Source: Monocercomonoides exilis PA203
Taxonomy: Eukaryota > Protista > Preaxostyla
Assembly: GCA_001643675.2 (NCBI GenBank)
Contig: LSRY02000040.1
Span: 496,001 to 560,000, forward strand
DNA: 64,000 bases
Direction of reading: 5' to 3'
Part shown: positions 51,836-63,800 of the stretch, in pieces
How the letters are laid out: each line of letters starts with the position of its first letter
Numbering within the stretch: position 1 is the stretch's first letter
The notes under the pieces: model-generated
Seen by the model: the letters and a program-made list of their open reading frames with translations, nothing else
What the model was told of the DNA's origin: nothing
The model's database searches: none
Position numbers and translations under genes: made by a program

Positions 51836-53826
51836 ACCTAATCGATTGTTATTGTTTTTTTCCTTTTGTTTTCAATATTAATTCAGCTTTCTTCTTCAAA
51901 ATCGTGAGCAGTTTCTTTTTCTTTTTCTTATTTCCAGCATCATAATCGAATTTTTAAATCTCCAAATTTTCGAAGCTTCTTTCCTTTTTCATTTGAATGA
52001 GATTCTTTCCATTGTGCAATTTGAATAATGATGAGTAAATCATCATTAATAAAATTGAATTTTCATCAGCATGATTAACAATTCTATCAAACTTCAATCA
52101 TTGTTCATCGTATTTAATAATTTAAATAATAATCTTTTCCAAACCTTTTTCATGTGTCAACATACTATTTTCACTAATCCGTTGTTTATTTTTGAAAACA
52201 AAAAATATGAAAATCTTAAGGAATGTGATCGAAAACCTTTTTATAATAATAACGTGAATGGGACAAAATTTTTTGCCATGTAATTTTTGTTATACAAAGT
52301 TCTTTCAAAGATTTTTTTCGACTTATTTGTATTTCAATATTTAATGGTGCACAGTTATATCAAAATTATAATCATCCATTTAAAGAAAAAGTATGGAACA
52401 AATCATTAAATTTTTCATTAATGAAAGAATTCTGTCCCAAATAGCAATAATGTTTGAAAGCAGATGAAATGTTTAACAAAATGTTGCATTGGACTAATAA
52501 TGAACTTAATCAGATAGATTCAACGCTCCATTTCTTTAATATTCCAACAATTTTTTTATCAAAAAAAAGCAATTCATAATAAGATCATTAAAAAGAAATA
52601 CGTTTTCAGAAAAGAAGAAATGTTTTCAAAAAATCATATCCATTCGACAGATTGATCTTTTTGACAGACTGATCTTTGTCATTCGACTGATTTCGACAAA
52701 GATCTTTCGATAACCCATTGATATTTTCAGAAATTTGAAAATTAAATATCTATTTGTTCGAATCTTGTGGAAATTAAAAAAATTAAAAAATAAAAAACAA
52801 TTGAATAAAAACGGAAAAACTTTATCTTGATTTGTTGTTTTTTCGTTTATCAAAAAATGAAGTTTTGGCTAACTGTCTTGTCAGTCGATTTGTCGAGCCT
52901 TGAAAAAAATGTCGGTCTGTGGTAAAGGTCTGGTTAAAACTGTTGCAATTTATTATAATTGCTGAATGAAAAAAGTGCAAGCATTTTCTGAAATTTTTAT
53001 TGACGATTGTGATGATTTGCCACATAGGGGAAGTCATATTGAGTTTTGTTAAGCGGAGAGCAAACATATGTCATTTGGTGACTATTAATAGACAAAATAT
53101 GTTTCATGACGGTCAAAGAGAGAATTTTCAAATAAGAACCTCCACAATGAAACAATAATTTTCTATGTATATATTTGTGTATATTCATTCGAATAAGTGT
53201 AGAAAGAAAATACGATATATAAAAAAAGAATATAGATAAAATGTCAAATTTGGAATTTTTTGATCATCAGACTGTCAGTGAAGTCAGTGACTGTCAATGG
53301 AATATGTGTCTAGCAGGGAAGAAATTTTTATTGCATTTATGAAACAATAGTGAAGTTCGATTAATAGAAAAAATGAACAAATTTCTTAATATTTATTTAT
53401 TCAACGAAATCACAAAAAAATAAGTTAAAATAAAAATATTTGAAAAAATCGAATACTGACGTGGATTTTCAATCACTGATGGACGAGACAAAAGTAATTT
53501 TATCTGCAACACATGTTTAGAGGAGAATATCCCATTGCCATAAAAACCCGAAATATTTAATGAATAAATAAAGTTTACAAAAAACTTCCCTGGTTGACTT
53601 TAACTAAAATTTAGCTCCATAAAACCATCAGCAAATATTTAGTCCTTTCCATTGTTGTTTAATTAAAAAATTTCCTGAAACCTAATAAATTTATCAAGAA
53701 ATTAAATTTTATTAATAATTGATTTTATTGATTGCACAGTAAAATGATTTACTCCTTTTTTAGAAATTTTTTCGAAATCCTTCAATGGAGTTTTCATTTC
53801 AAAATACATAGATAGTATCATTTCCT

Positions 53827-54102
53827 ATATGGGGCAAAATATTTGACTTCAGGCATTTTCATTTAAAAATTATGCTCTTTTCATTGACTATTTCATATCA
53901 AAAAATATTATAAAAATGGTTCAATTTTTTGACATTCGCGAAATGTTGGAAAACTTCATGTTTTGATTTCAATGATGCCTGTTGACGTATATAAAAATAA
54001 AATTAATTACAAAATCTGAGAATATGAAATAAAGTTATGAGCGAAGCAATTTTTCTGTGCTTTTTGCAAAAAAAGCTTGAAAGTCCGTATTTTCCCCCAT
54101 AT
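53827..54102. mobile_element. Degenerate MITE-like element with ~35-bp imperfect TIRs
   Basis: ATATGGGGCAAAATATTTGACTTCAGGCATTTT versus reverse complement of the right end, ATATGGGGGAAAATACGGACTTTCAAGCTTTTT. No clear TSD. Confidence 0.5.
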
Positions 54103-54417
54103 GTTATTTATATATTTATTTATTCATTCATTCTTGTAATATTGTAATAAAAGTGTTAACTTGCTCTTATGTGAATTCAGCAATATTAACAACATGTCAA
54201 AACAGTTCTTAGTCGAACATATGTGCATAGGTGAAACTGTCTTCCTTTTGCAATTCTGGATTTAAATAATTTATTTTGTGATATTTGAAATACATAAATT
54301 ATTAATAAACTTTTGTAAGGACCGATTTTCCGCAAAACTTAATGCTTCTTGTGAAAAAAATATTTAAAAAATGACCCATAAATATGTTTATTTTTTTTTA
54401 AAAAAATTAATAAAAAT

Positions 54418-54676
54418 GGGTGATTATTTTTGAAATCATTACTTTTTTCGGGTTGCAGGATTTTCATAATTTGCTTGTCATTGAAAAGAGCTTTTGTTTT
54501 CAAATGCCTAATATTTTCATAACTGCTGTCAAAACAAATGTTAAAGCTCAAATATAGATGAAGATGTTTTTTAAGGAACTTTTTGAACTTTTCAATGAAC
54601 TTTTGTTGAAATTCAAGAGAAATTTTCGAACAGAAAATTTTCGAATTAAAAAATATGATTTCAAAAATAATCACCC
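54418..54676. mobile_element. Second MITE with GGGTGATT termini, 259 bp
   Basis: GGGTGATTATTTTTGAAATCAT perfect inverted repeat at both ends, plus an internal TCATTGAAAAG inverted pair. Terminus is near-identical to the 51595 element. Flanks AAAT/ACTT are not an exact TSD. Confidence 0.7.
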
Positions 54677-55412
54677 ACTTTATCATTTTTTTGTGAAAAA
54701 CATGGCAAATGTGAGTGTGACGGCGAGTACGGGAGTTTGACACGTCTGCTAAATTACGAATTGAACAATGATATCTCAATAAATAATATAAATGAACTTA
54801 TTGATTTTTTCAATAAGATCACACACAACTCTCATTCACTGAATAATTTTGACCTTAATGAACAAAAAAAATACATATCGGTATTTTTTTCAGGTTGCAA
54901 TATTTTTTTATTTTTTCTTTTGATGATTGTTGATGTTTTTTCTCTTTTTTTTAATTAATTTTTTCAAATACAACGCTTCTAATAAAATTCTTTGGAAAAA
55001 GCTAAAGGCAGATGCATTGAAAACCTTCTTATTTTTAGAAAAGCGAAATGAAAATATTTACAGATCTGTTTCTTCTCCATGGAATTCAAGAGGGGATGAA
55101 AAGATGAATTTTAAAGAGGAAAGGGTGAGAGATGAAAAAAATAAAAAACAATTTTCAATTCGTGAGTCTGTTCCACAAGTTGAGTTAATTGGAAGCAACA
55201 CGTTATAATTGTTCACTGAAAGAAAAAAACACTGTTGTTTTTTGAATTAGTTTTATCAAAGTTTTTCGATTTGTTGTTTTCTGCTTTCGAATAATTTTGT
55301 CTTTGTTTTGAAAACGAACTTTTCAAGTTGTTTGTTGCTCAAGCTTTTTTTTTTTGGAATATTTTTCCAAAAAAAATTTTCGGACACCGATTTTTTTTGC
55401 AGTGTGCAGAAA

Positions 55413-55520
55413 ATGAAGGGGCTAGGCTGATTCCGTCCTGGGATTGTGCTGTGACCGATCCAGTACAGTTCCTTGAAGGCTTTGGGTCCAGAATCAGCCT
55501 CCCAGGGCAAACGCTTGATT
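55413..55520 (+). other. GC-rich self-complementary island, candidate structured RNA
   Basis: Outer stem AGGCTGATTC (55424-33) / GAATCAGCCT (55491-500). Inner 12-bp stem 55440-51 / 55461-72 with 3 G-U pairs and a 9-nt loop. No known RNA family recognised. Confidence 0.35.
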
Positions 55521-56832
55521 AGTCATTTTTGAACCAATTCAAATTTTAAATGAAAGTTTATTATTTGATAATTTTGTTTTGTTTTTGTATAAACTTTTTC
55601 GGACGGAATTTTAAGTTTAAATATTTTTGTATTCATTTTTTCCAAAATTTTTTGAAATCTGCATTTTTCGAAAGTTTTGGAGATATTGTAAATGCAAAAA
55701 TAAAATAACTATTGAGAGAATGTGATTTTTTATTTTTCGATAAAGATAAAAAAAAACATATGATGTTTGCATTTGAATAAAAGAAAATACGTTCTCCGAA
55801 GGGCTTTTACTGTTTCAGTAATATTTGGAATGTTCAAAATGAAATATTTGACTTATTAGTTATCATTAAATTTGTATATTGAATTATTGCTCATTTTTTG
55901 TTACAGATGTGTGTTGCATTCACAAATTCTTCAAATTCAGAAACGATATTAGAACTTCTGGGTGATTTCATTGAATCTTCTGCTTCAATTGCAATTGGAT
56001 GATGAGTTTGTTGAACCCACGCAGTTAAAAAATTCTTTACCATCGTGAAACACAATCAGAAACTGTTTTCATCAATTGATCGGAATATTTGGAGTTTCAA
56101 ACCGTTTTGAAATCATTTTCACACAGCAAAACTTGAAGCAAATAATAACCGTGGAATGAGACACTTTTGTATTGTTTACAGCGAAATGAGAAATCAAAAG
56201 AAAGGTTTGCGTTATTGGCTGAAAAGAACGTAGAATAGCGGTGTAAAGAAAATATGAATTTTTGCATGATTTTTTCCTTTATCAGAATGACGAAATTCAG
56301 AAAAAGAGAAATGTTTTTTGCGTTACAGTAATTGCACATTGTTCCTTAGACAATTATGTTATTCCAAGAAATTTATGGCATGAATGCTTTCGCTGAATTA
56401 TAATTTGTTTGTGAATACATTTCTGTAGAATACGTTCTGAAACAAAGCAAATATTTGATTAGAGCATCATATATTGCACAGATATATTTGATGAATAATT
56501 CACGATCAAGTGTTTGTGTTTGCAGAAATTATATATTATAAAGAATTAAAACAAAGAACAAACTGAATAAATATTGAAAACAAGCAATCATTTTTTCATC
56601 GAACTGCTATCTTCAATTCTTTTAACAAATATAATGTGACTATAAATTCTTCACATAAGCAATTTCGATTGTTTTATCATGATCAGAAAAATAATTGCTG
56701 AAATTTTTTATGAGAAAACAATAGATAATGTTTTTTCACTTTTCATTTTTCTCACGTAAATATTATTATCACCTAAAGAAAAACAGAAGTGTTAAAGAAA
56801 ATGATGGAGTGATATGATTATTTTGTGAAATG

Positions 56833-56835
<3 letters not shown>

Positions 56836-56875
<40 letters not shown>
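56836..56875. repeat. Poly(A) homopolymer, 40 nt
   Basis: Uninterrupted A run. Confidence 0.9.
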
Positions 56876-56876
<1 letters not shown>

Positions 56877-57824
56877 ATTTGTGTTTCAAAATAGCAAATG
56901 CTCACTCAAAAATATTAAAAAACTGTTTTTAACATAAATTCTATATTTAATTGTTGTCATATTTGAAAACTTTACAATTTTTCTAAACATGAAAAATGAC
57001 CGAAAATTTTTACAGAGCTTGCATGCTTTTAGAAATAATGAGCCATTTAATGTCATATTTTTTCATTTACAAACATAGTTCAAAAAACATTTAGTGATGA
57101 AAAAATTTGAAAAACAATTTTCCTAAAAAAAATATTTTTTTTGGTTATATTTTTATTGGGAAAAAGTGAAACATTCAAAAATGTTTTAAAAAAATAAAAT
57201 TTGACTAAAAAATAATGCAAAAAAGATATTTTGTTGATATTTTGGTATATTTTCGAAAAACAATTATTCCTTATCAAAAAATTGATTGATCTCAATTGCC
57301 CTAAATTTTATTTTTTTTCGATTTTTGATCTTTTTTTATGATATCAAAAAGAATCACGCATTTCAGTTGTACAAAACTTATTTTTTAAAAAAGGTTTTAA
57401 GTGAAATGCTTCCTTCTATTCTTCCGTTGGAAAAAGACAACAAACGTAGCAATTATGGGAAAAACAATAAATAAAATAATTGAATTGAATAGAAAAATGA
57501 ATATAAAAAATTTTGTGAAAGGATAAGGAACATAGCAACGGTAACAATAGGCAAGTTATTAAATTGGTAAAGTGTTCCCAACTCTTCTCTTTCAGAGCAT
57601 TCATCAAAATGTTCAATTGGGAGGGTCTTTCATTTCACAATTGAACGGATTTTCAGGGAGCAAAACAGTTCCATCATTGATTCCACCAGTCGGCACATGT
57701 ACATTGAAAGTTCTTTCATATTATTCTTCATTCTAATTTCTGAGCATAATTCTCCCCTCCATCTTATCCTCCTTCGTTTTCTGAAGCAAGCGCAACCATA
57801 TTATCTGTCCTGCTCAACGCCCTT

Positions 57825-60800
57825 CTATCCCGCATCAAGCAACCCCATTTCAGTAATATCTCGAACAATTTCCGATTTGTCTTCCCCTTTCTGATTTCTC
57901 TTTTTCTTTTTCTTCCTTTTCTTTGGTTTTTCCTCCTCTCTTTCTTCTTCTTTGTCTTCTTTCACCACTTCCTTTGCTTCATCCAATACCTTGTTGACAA
58001 CTTTTTCTTCTGAATCTTCTCCGATCATCGAAAAATGGCTGTTTTGTGCTGAACATATCCCAATATAATATTCTGTTGACTTTCCATTTCTTCCATCATC
58101 TGCAGCAACCTTACCCAACTCCTCCAATTCAATCTCGGATACTTCCTTCTCATCCCCAATTTCATCATCCTCTTCCACATGTTTCCGTTTTTTCCCCTTC
58201 TTTCTCTTCCCCCTTTTCACTTTTCTATCTCTTTTTGGTAAATTTCCATCATCCTTTCCACCTGTAAAAGAACCGCTCTTTATGCCTCCATCCTTTTCGC
58301 TGTTCAGAAGTGAAGCAATCGTCTGTATTTCAACATAATTCACAGGTACCACCTCTACAACTTCTTCTTGATCGAATTTATTCTCAATAATTTCTTTATT
58401 CTCGTATGGATGGAGTTCTTTACATTTCTCTGATTGCACTCCCATCTCTTTTCCCGTTTCTCCTGTCAATAACGTTCGCATCTCCCTCTCCTCCTCCTCA
58501 ACTCTTTCTGCAATATCTTCTTTTCTCCATTCCCCTCTCCCAACATTCTTTGATTCTTCAACATTTCCATCTTCAACTCTCCTTCCACCTCTATTCTGCT
58601 TCTTTCTCATTATCACAACCACAATAATAATAGCAAATAACAGAATCACAATAACAACAATGCACCCAATAAACGCAATCAAACTCCATTCAATTTTATC
58701 CTCTCCTTTTGATATTATTTCATCTCCTTTTTGTTCAGTCTTACTTCTGTTCTTCAGAATGAATGAATTTGTTGATGAAGGAGATTCACCATTCCCAAAC
58801 AAAATATGCACACTAACCTCAACATCATTTCCACAATTGTTGATAAGATCCTTTGTCGCACTACCCTCAACTTCTCTTTCCGATAAGAATCCATTTCTAT
58901 CAAAATCATGTTTTTCAATCTCTTTCTCTTCTCCCTTCTTTTTCACAACTGAGAATGACAAATTGCATGGAACAAGAAGCATTCCTTTGAATGTCAGCTT
59001 CATTCTGTTTGCTTCTTCTTTTGCTTCCACACTCTCCAGCACAGGAATGAAGAATGATGAATCCCTTTCAGAAATAATCCCTTCAAAACTGCACCCATCA
59101 TTCAACATCCAGAGTGATGTATTTCTTTCCCATCCATCTCCTCCCCACAAACTCATCACATTCAATGTTCCAAAATTAGAACAAATGATATTTCTTCTCA
59201 ATGATGGATATCCTTCAATTGAGGGATTATTGTTCAAAAACTTTCCTTTCTCAATTGTTTCATTTCCTCCACTCATTGTAATTCCACCTTCTTGTGAATT
59301 TGAGATTGTTATTTCCTTCATCTCCACATTGCTGTTTTCAATATCAACCAACGACCCATTCCATTCACATAATCCTTCTTTTCCTTCAACCTCTTCATTG
59401 ATAATCTCCCCTTCTTTTTCTCCATCAAGCACACATGCCTCAACCCTCACAACCTTTGACTGCTTTATCTTCATCACGCTTCCCTTGTTCACCGAATTCC
59501 TGCATTTTCCAAACGAGCAGTTCAGCACATTCACCTCTTGCTCAGCATCATTCATCCCAATCGCACACCCTCCCGACAGCAAGGAAATATTCTCAATCGT
59601 CATGATCTTCATCACCACCTTCGCTTTTCCTCCAACGCTCACAATATCTCCTTCACATTCGACGTTCGATATTCCTGTTTCAACAATTGTCACATTCGAT
59701 TCTTTGTTGAATAACAGCACCGATCCTGCTGATTCCAAATCCTTGAATGTTGTTTCTGAGATCTTCAGTTCTCCGCTTTCCACGCTCACAACCGAACTGT
59801 TCAGCCTCATCTCAACAGCTGTTGCTGAAGAGTAGAATTCACATTTATGGATCTCCATTGACCCGTTCTTCACTTTCATGATGTAGCTGTGAGAAGCCTC
59901 AAACGTATCTTCAAACTCGAATGAGCACCTCTCCACAGCGCTTTCGTTTATAAACTCCATGATGCAATCCTTCTCTGCCGATTTCTCAATCTTGGATTTC
60001 AGCTTCACAATCGCCTGAGACTTTTTGTATGAATTCACATTCAGATCCCCAATCACACATTCGCCCGAAACCACTCCTTCTCCATCAATCAGAATCGCAT
60101 TCATCACTCCTTGCTCAATGTGGTTAATTGCAACATTGATGCTGCTGCAAGGATTGCCCTGAGCCCCGCATCGTCTGCCATCCACTCCTCCTGCATTCAA
60201 AAACACTTGTAGACCTTTAAAGTATGTGATTCGGGGAATCAGATTATCAATTCCCTCGATTTCTGAATCGCATCCGCAGATGGAGTTGTCTGAGTTCAAT
60301 GACTCCTGGTTGTAGTTCAAAGTGAACAGCGTTTCGTTGATCTGTTTTGCAATCGAGTAGCATTTGATGAATATGTCATTCCCTTCGTGTGCCTCATTCA
60401 AATAAAACATGATGTTCACGATGTTGAAATTCAGAGACGGAATCCTGGTGTCATCTTCAAAATTCACATTTTCTTCGGCTCCATCGATATACAGCCCTCC
60501 TCCGCGCCCTGATTCCGTCGAGCACTTGCATATCGAAAATGAGCTGCCATTCACTTTTAAAACAGATTCATCATCCTTCAACACCACTTTCACTCCTCCA
60601 CCTTCATTGCTCAAGGTGCTCTTGCAACTCGTCATAAAACACTCATCCGTCATTCATTCTATTGCATAATCAAATGATCCCACATCAACAACACTTTCCC
60701 TATTTCCTTCATTCGTGATATTCGCAAATGAACAGCCATTAACTTTCAGCAATGGCATGCTGTTTTTAGGATGACTGTTTTCTGCCGCATTCAAACTCGA

Positions 60801-63800
60801 TGAAACTGACGCTTCATTTGTGAGTTCATCCTCAAATATCGAAATCAGACTGTTTGCTGTCAAAGTGGCTGACGAAATGTTCACATTCTGAATCGTCACC
60901 CGGCTCGCACTTGGGCTGAAAGCAATGAACCCTTTCAAATCAGAAACCAAATTCATCGTGCATTTCTCAATCAGAGCACTCCCTCCATTTATTCTTATCA
61001 TGCAATATCCAACTGCCTCTGTTAGCCCTGACAACGATCCAAATGAACAATCCGTGACTGTCAAGAATGCATTTGTTCCTGACGATTCAATGAATACTGC
61101 ATGATTGGTGGTTATGCTGGGTTTGGTGAACGAGACATTCACAAACTACAGACTCACATTCGACAATATCATTGAACCATCATCCAAATCATTCCCATCT
61201 TCATCAGATATTGTCACGCTTGTCCCTTTCTTTGTTCCTTTTATCACAACTGCTGGAGCCTCTGAATCTGGCTAAGTTGGCAACGAAGACAAGAATGATA
61301 TCGAATGGCTCAGCAGCCCTGATCCCACAATAACAATATGTTTTTCGCCTTCTCCAAGTGTTGAATATCTCAGTGATATCAGGTGATTGATCGATGAACA
61401 CGGTGCTTCAGAAAACCCGCACCCGCTGAAGTCTCCTCCATTCTCTCTCGAAACAAACCCATCACCACTCCAGTTTGCCCACAAATGCACAACCAAAGGA
61501 ATCACATATCCATTTTCTCCTGTGCTTGCTCTCTCCCATCCACACAGCTCATCCAAGGAATTCTTGTCACTTGCACTCAATCCCCATTTCAGTTGTTCGT
61601 TCGACATAACCTCGTCCAGGTCATTTCCCGATATGAATACTTTCTTCCCTTTCCAAGCATTGCACCCGCTGAATGTTGCTCCTTCCATCTTAAATGATCC
61701 CATTGCATCTGCCAATCGAACAAACATCCCTCCTCCCATTCCTCTTCCTTTCTGCAAGTTGTCCTCTGCTGGCACCTGGCATCCCGTGAATGTGACGCTT
61801 TTAATCTCCAAACTTCCTCCGTCCTCAACTGAAATCATCATCCCTCCTCCTTTCATTCCACTTCCACCTGTGCATGTTGTTGAAATGCTGCAGTTATCCA
61901 CAATAGCGCTTCCATCTTCATTTATCGCAGCACCGATGCATCCTCCTTCTCCGCTCCCGCCTTCCACAGTCACTCCACTCACTCTGCTGTTCTTAATATC
62001 CAATTTCACTCCGTTTGTCATCGATATTGGCGACTTCCCATTCATCGTCAGTGTCGCTGCAATTTCCATCACAAATCCATTCATTATTAATTCTCCCCCT
62101 TCAATGTTTATAACATTATATCCGATCTTTCCATCTGTCAATGCTCCGCTTTCAAATGAAACAGAACAGTTCGCCATGTTGAGTGTTGATGTTGAATGAA
62201 TAAATGCAGTCCTCCTTTCATTGATAACTTTGTTCATCACAAATGCCAAATTAGTCATTTCAAATGATTTTGTGCACTCGATAAGGCCATTTTGGCTAAT
62301 TTCTCCTCCATCCTTCACCTCAACTTTCATCTTCTCTCCCGCTGATACCTCTTTCCCTTTCAAATTCACGCTTCGGGAAGTCACTTTAATAACATTAGTT
62401 ATTGAAGATTTAGAAACAACTTCCACTGTTTGCAGCCCATCGTCAACTTGAGTGTTCATGCAATAGTCAATTGTCAGACACCCAAACTTCACAAACCCAC
62501 AATAACTGTGATCCAGCACCATGTCACCGCTCCTGCCGACAGTCAATGTCGATCCGATTGACTGCAAATACACAAACAGTGGAATCACTTCTCCATCTAT
62601 CAGATCTTCGCTCCCGCAAAACTTCAGCACATCTGACGGAGTGGTAGTTTTATCAAAAAATGAAAAAGAGTTTTCATTCACCATTTCATTGAGCCAAATC
62701 TTTGAACCGCAGCGAATAAACACATCCTTCCCATATAGTGCGTCATTCGGCGATAAAAGCTGAGGTGAAAACGCATTTTTTGAGGAAATATTCAATGTGC
62801 ACAGCGAGTTCTGTATCTCTACCATCATTCCCCCGCCTCTCCCTTTAGTTCCTCCTTCATAATTCTTCGCCTCGCACCCACCAATTTTATTGCTCCCATT
62901 CACAACCACACTTCCCTTTCCGTCCATCCTCACAAATATTCCCCCACCTCTTCCGATATCATTTTCTTTTCCGTGGCATTTGCAGTTCCTGATGATGCAC
63001 GAATCAATAACAACAATCCCAGATGTATCCTGTGCACTCGCACGTGCTTTTCCAATTGCTCCATTGATCAGTCCCCCGTCTCCATTTTTTTTTTCAATGC
63101 CGCTAATACTGCATCCTTCAAAATACACAACATTCATATCTGCTTCAAACTCGACGAACGAGTGCCCATCAAATGTCAGAATTTCTTTGATCATAAAACG
63201 CTCCAATCTCAGATTGCCCTCAGTTGCCTTTACGAAGCTGTATTCAATCGGGTAAGTCGTGTCAACGCCTGATGAATAGCCAACTGAGCAGTCTGTGAGC
63301 TTCAGGAGTGCAGAGCTGGCCAAAATCAGCGATTTCACATCTGTTAACGCTGTTGGGATTGAAAATGTGATATTTTCTATTGTGCATGAGCATGTGCTTT
63401 GCGTCTTAATCAACCAATCAGAACTTTTGGTTACTAGGTCAATCACATTCACTTTTGTTTCAACCGCTGCACAAAAGATCTTCCATTCATTGGTATCTGC
63501 CATGGCAACCTCTTCAGCAAGCTCGAATCCTGGATCCAGCTCAATGCTTTTATTTGAATCTGTATATTGCGCAACGGCAGCGTGAGTGATTGTGGCACAC
63601 GGATAATAATCAAACCCACAAAACCACGAGTTGTATCCCCCCAACCCTTTCTTCGCCTTCCCGACATGTGCCGCAGCGGGAAATGTGTCCAGAAACACAT
63701 TCAGCGGGAATTGTCCCATTGATGGGTCACTCCGATCGATTCCCACCAGTTCCTTTAATGTTGATATGCTCTGTATATTTTTCAGCGTTGACGTTGTTAT

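Noticed and set aside
52320-52620. Decayed ORF with 'ISIFNGAQLYQ', faintly like a CACTA-type transposase motif
   Set aside because: Catalytic Asp absent, multiple stops, match too short; needs tBLASTn/HMM to support.
55214-55404. Possible CACTG..CAGTG-terminated element
   Set aside because: Only ~14 bp of mostly poly-A similarity and no TSD.
55418-55504. tRNA-like reading of the GC island (GGGGCT..AGCCTC-CCA)
   Set aside because: No canonical D-loop or TTCG T-loop; a cloverleaf cannot be built.
58660-59835. 391-aa and other + strand ORFs opposite the surface protein gene
   Set aside because: Antisense shadows caused by codon bias; no recognisable motifs.
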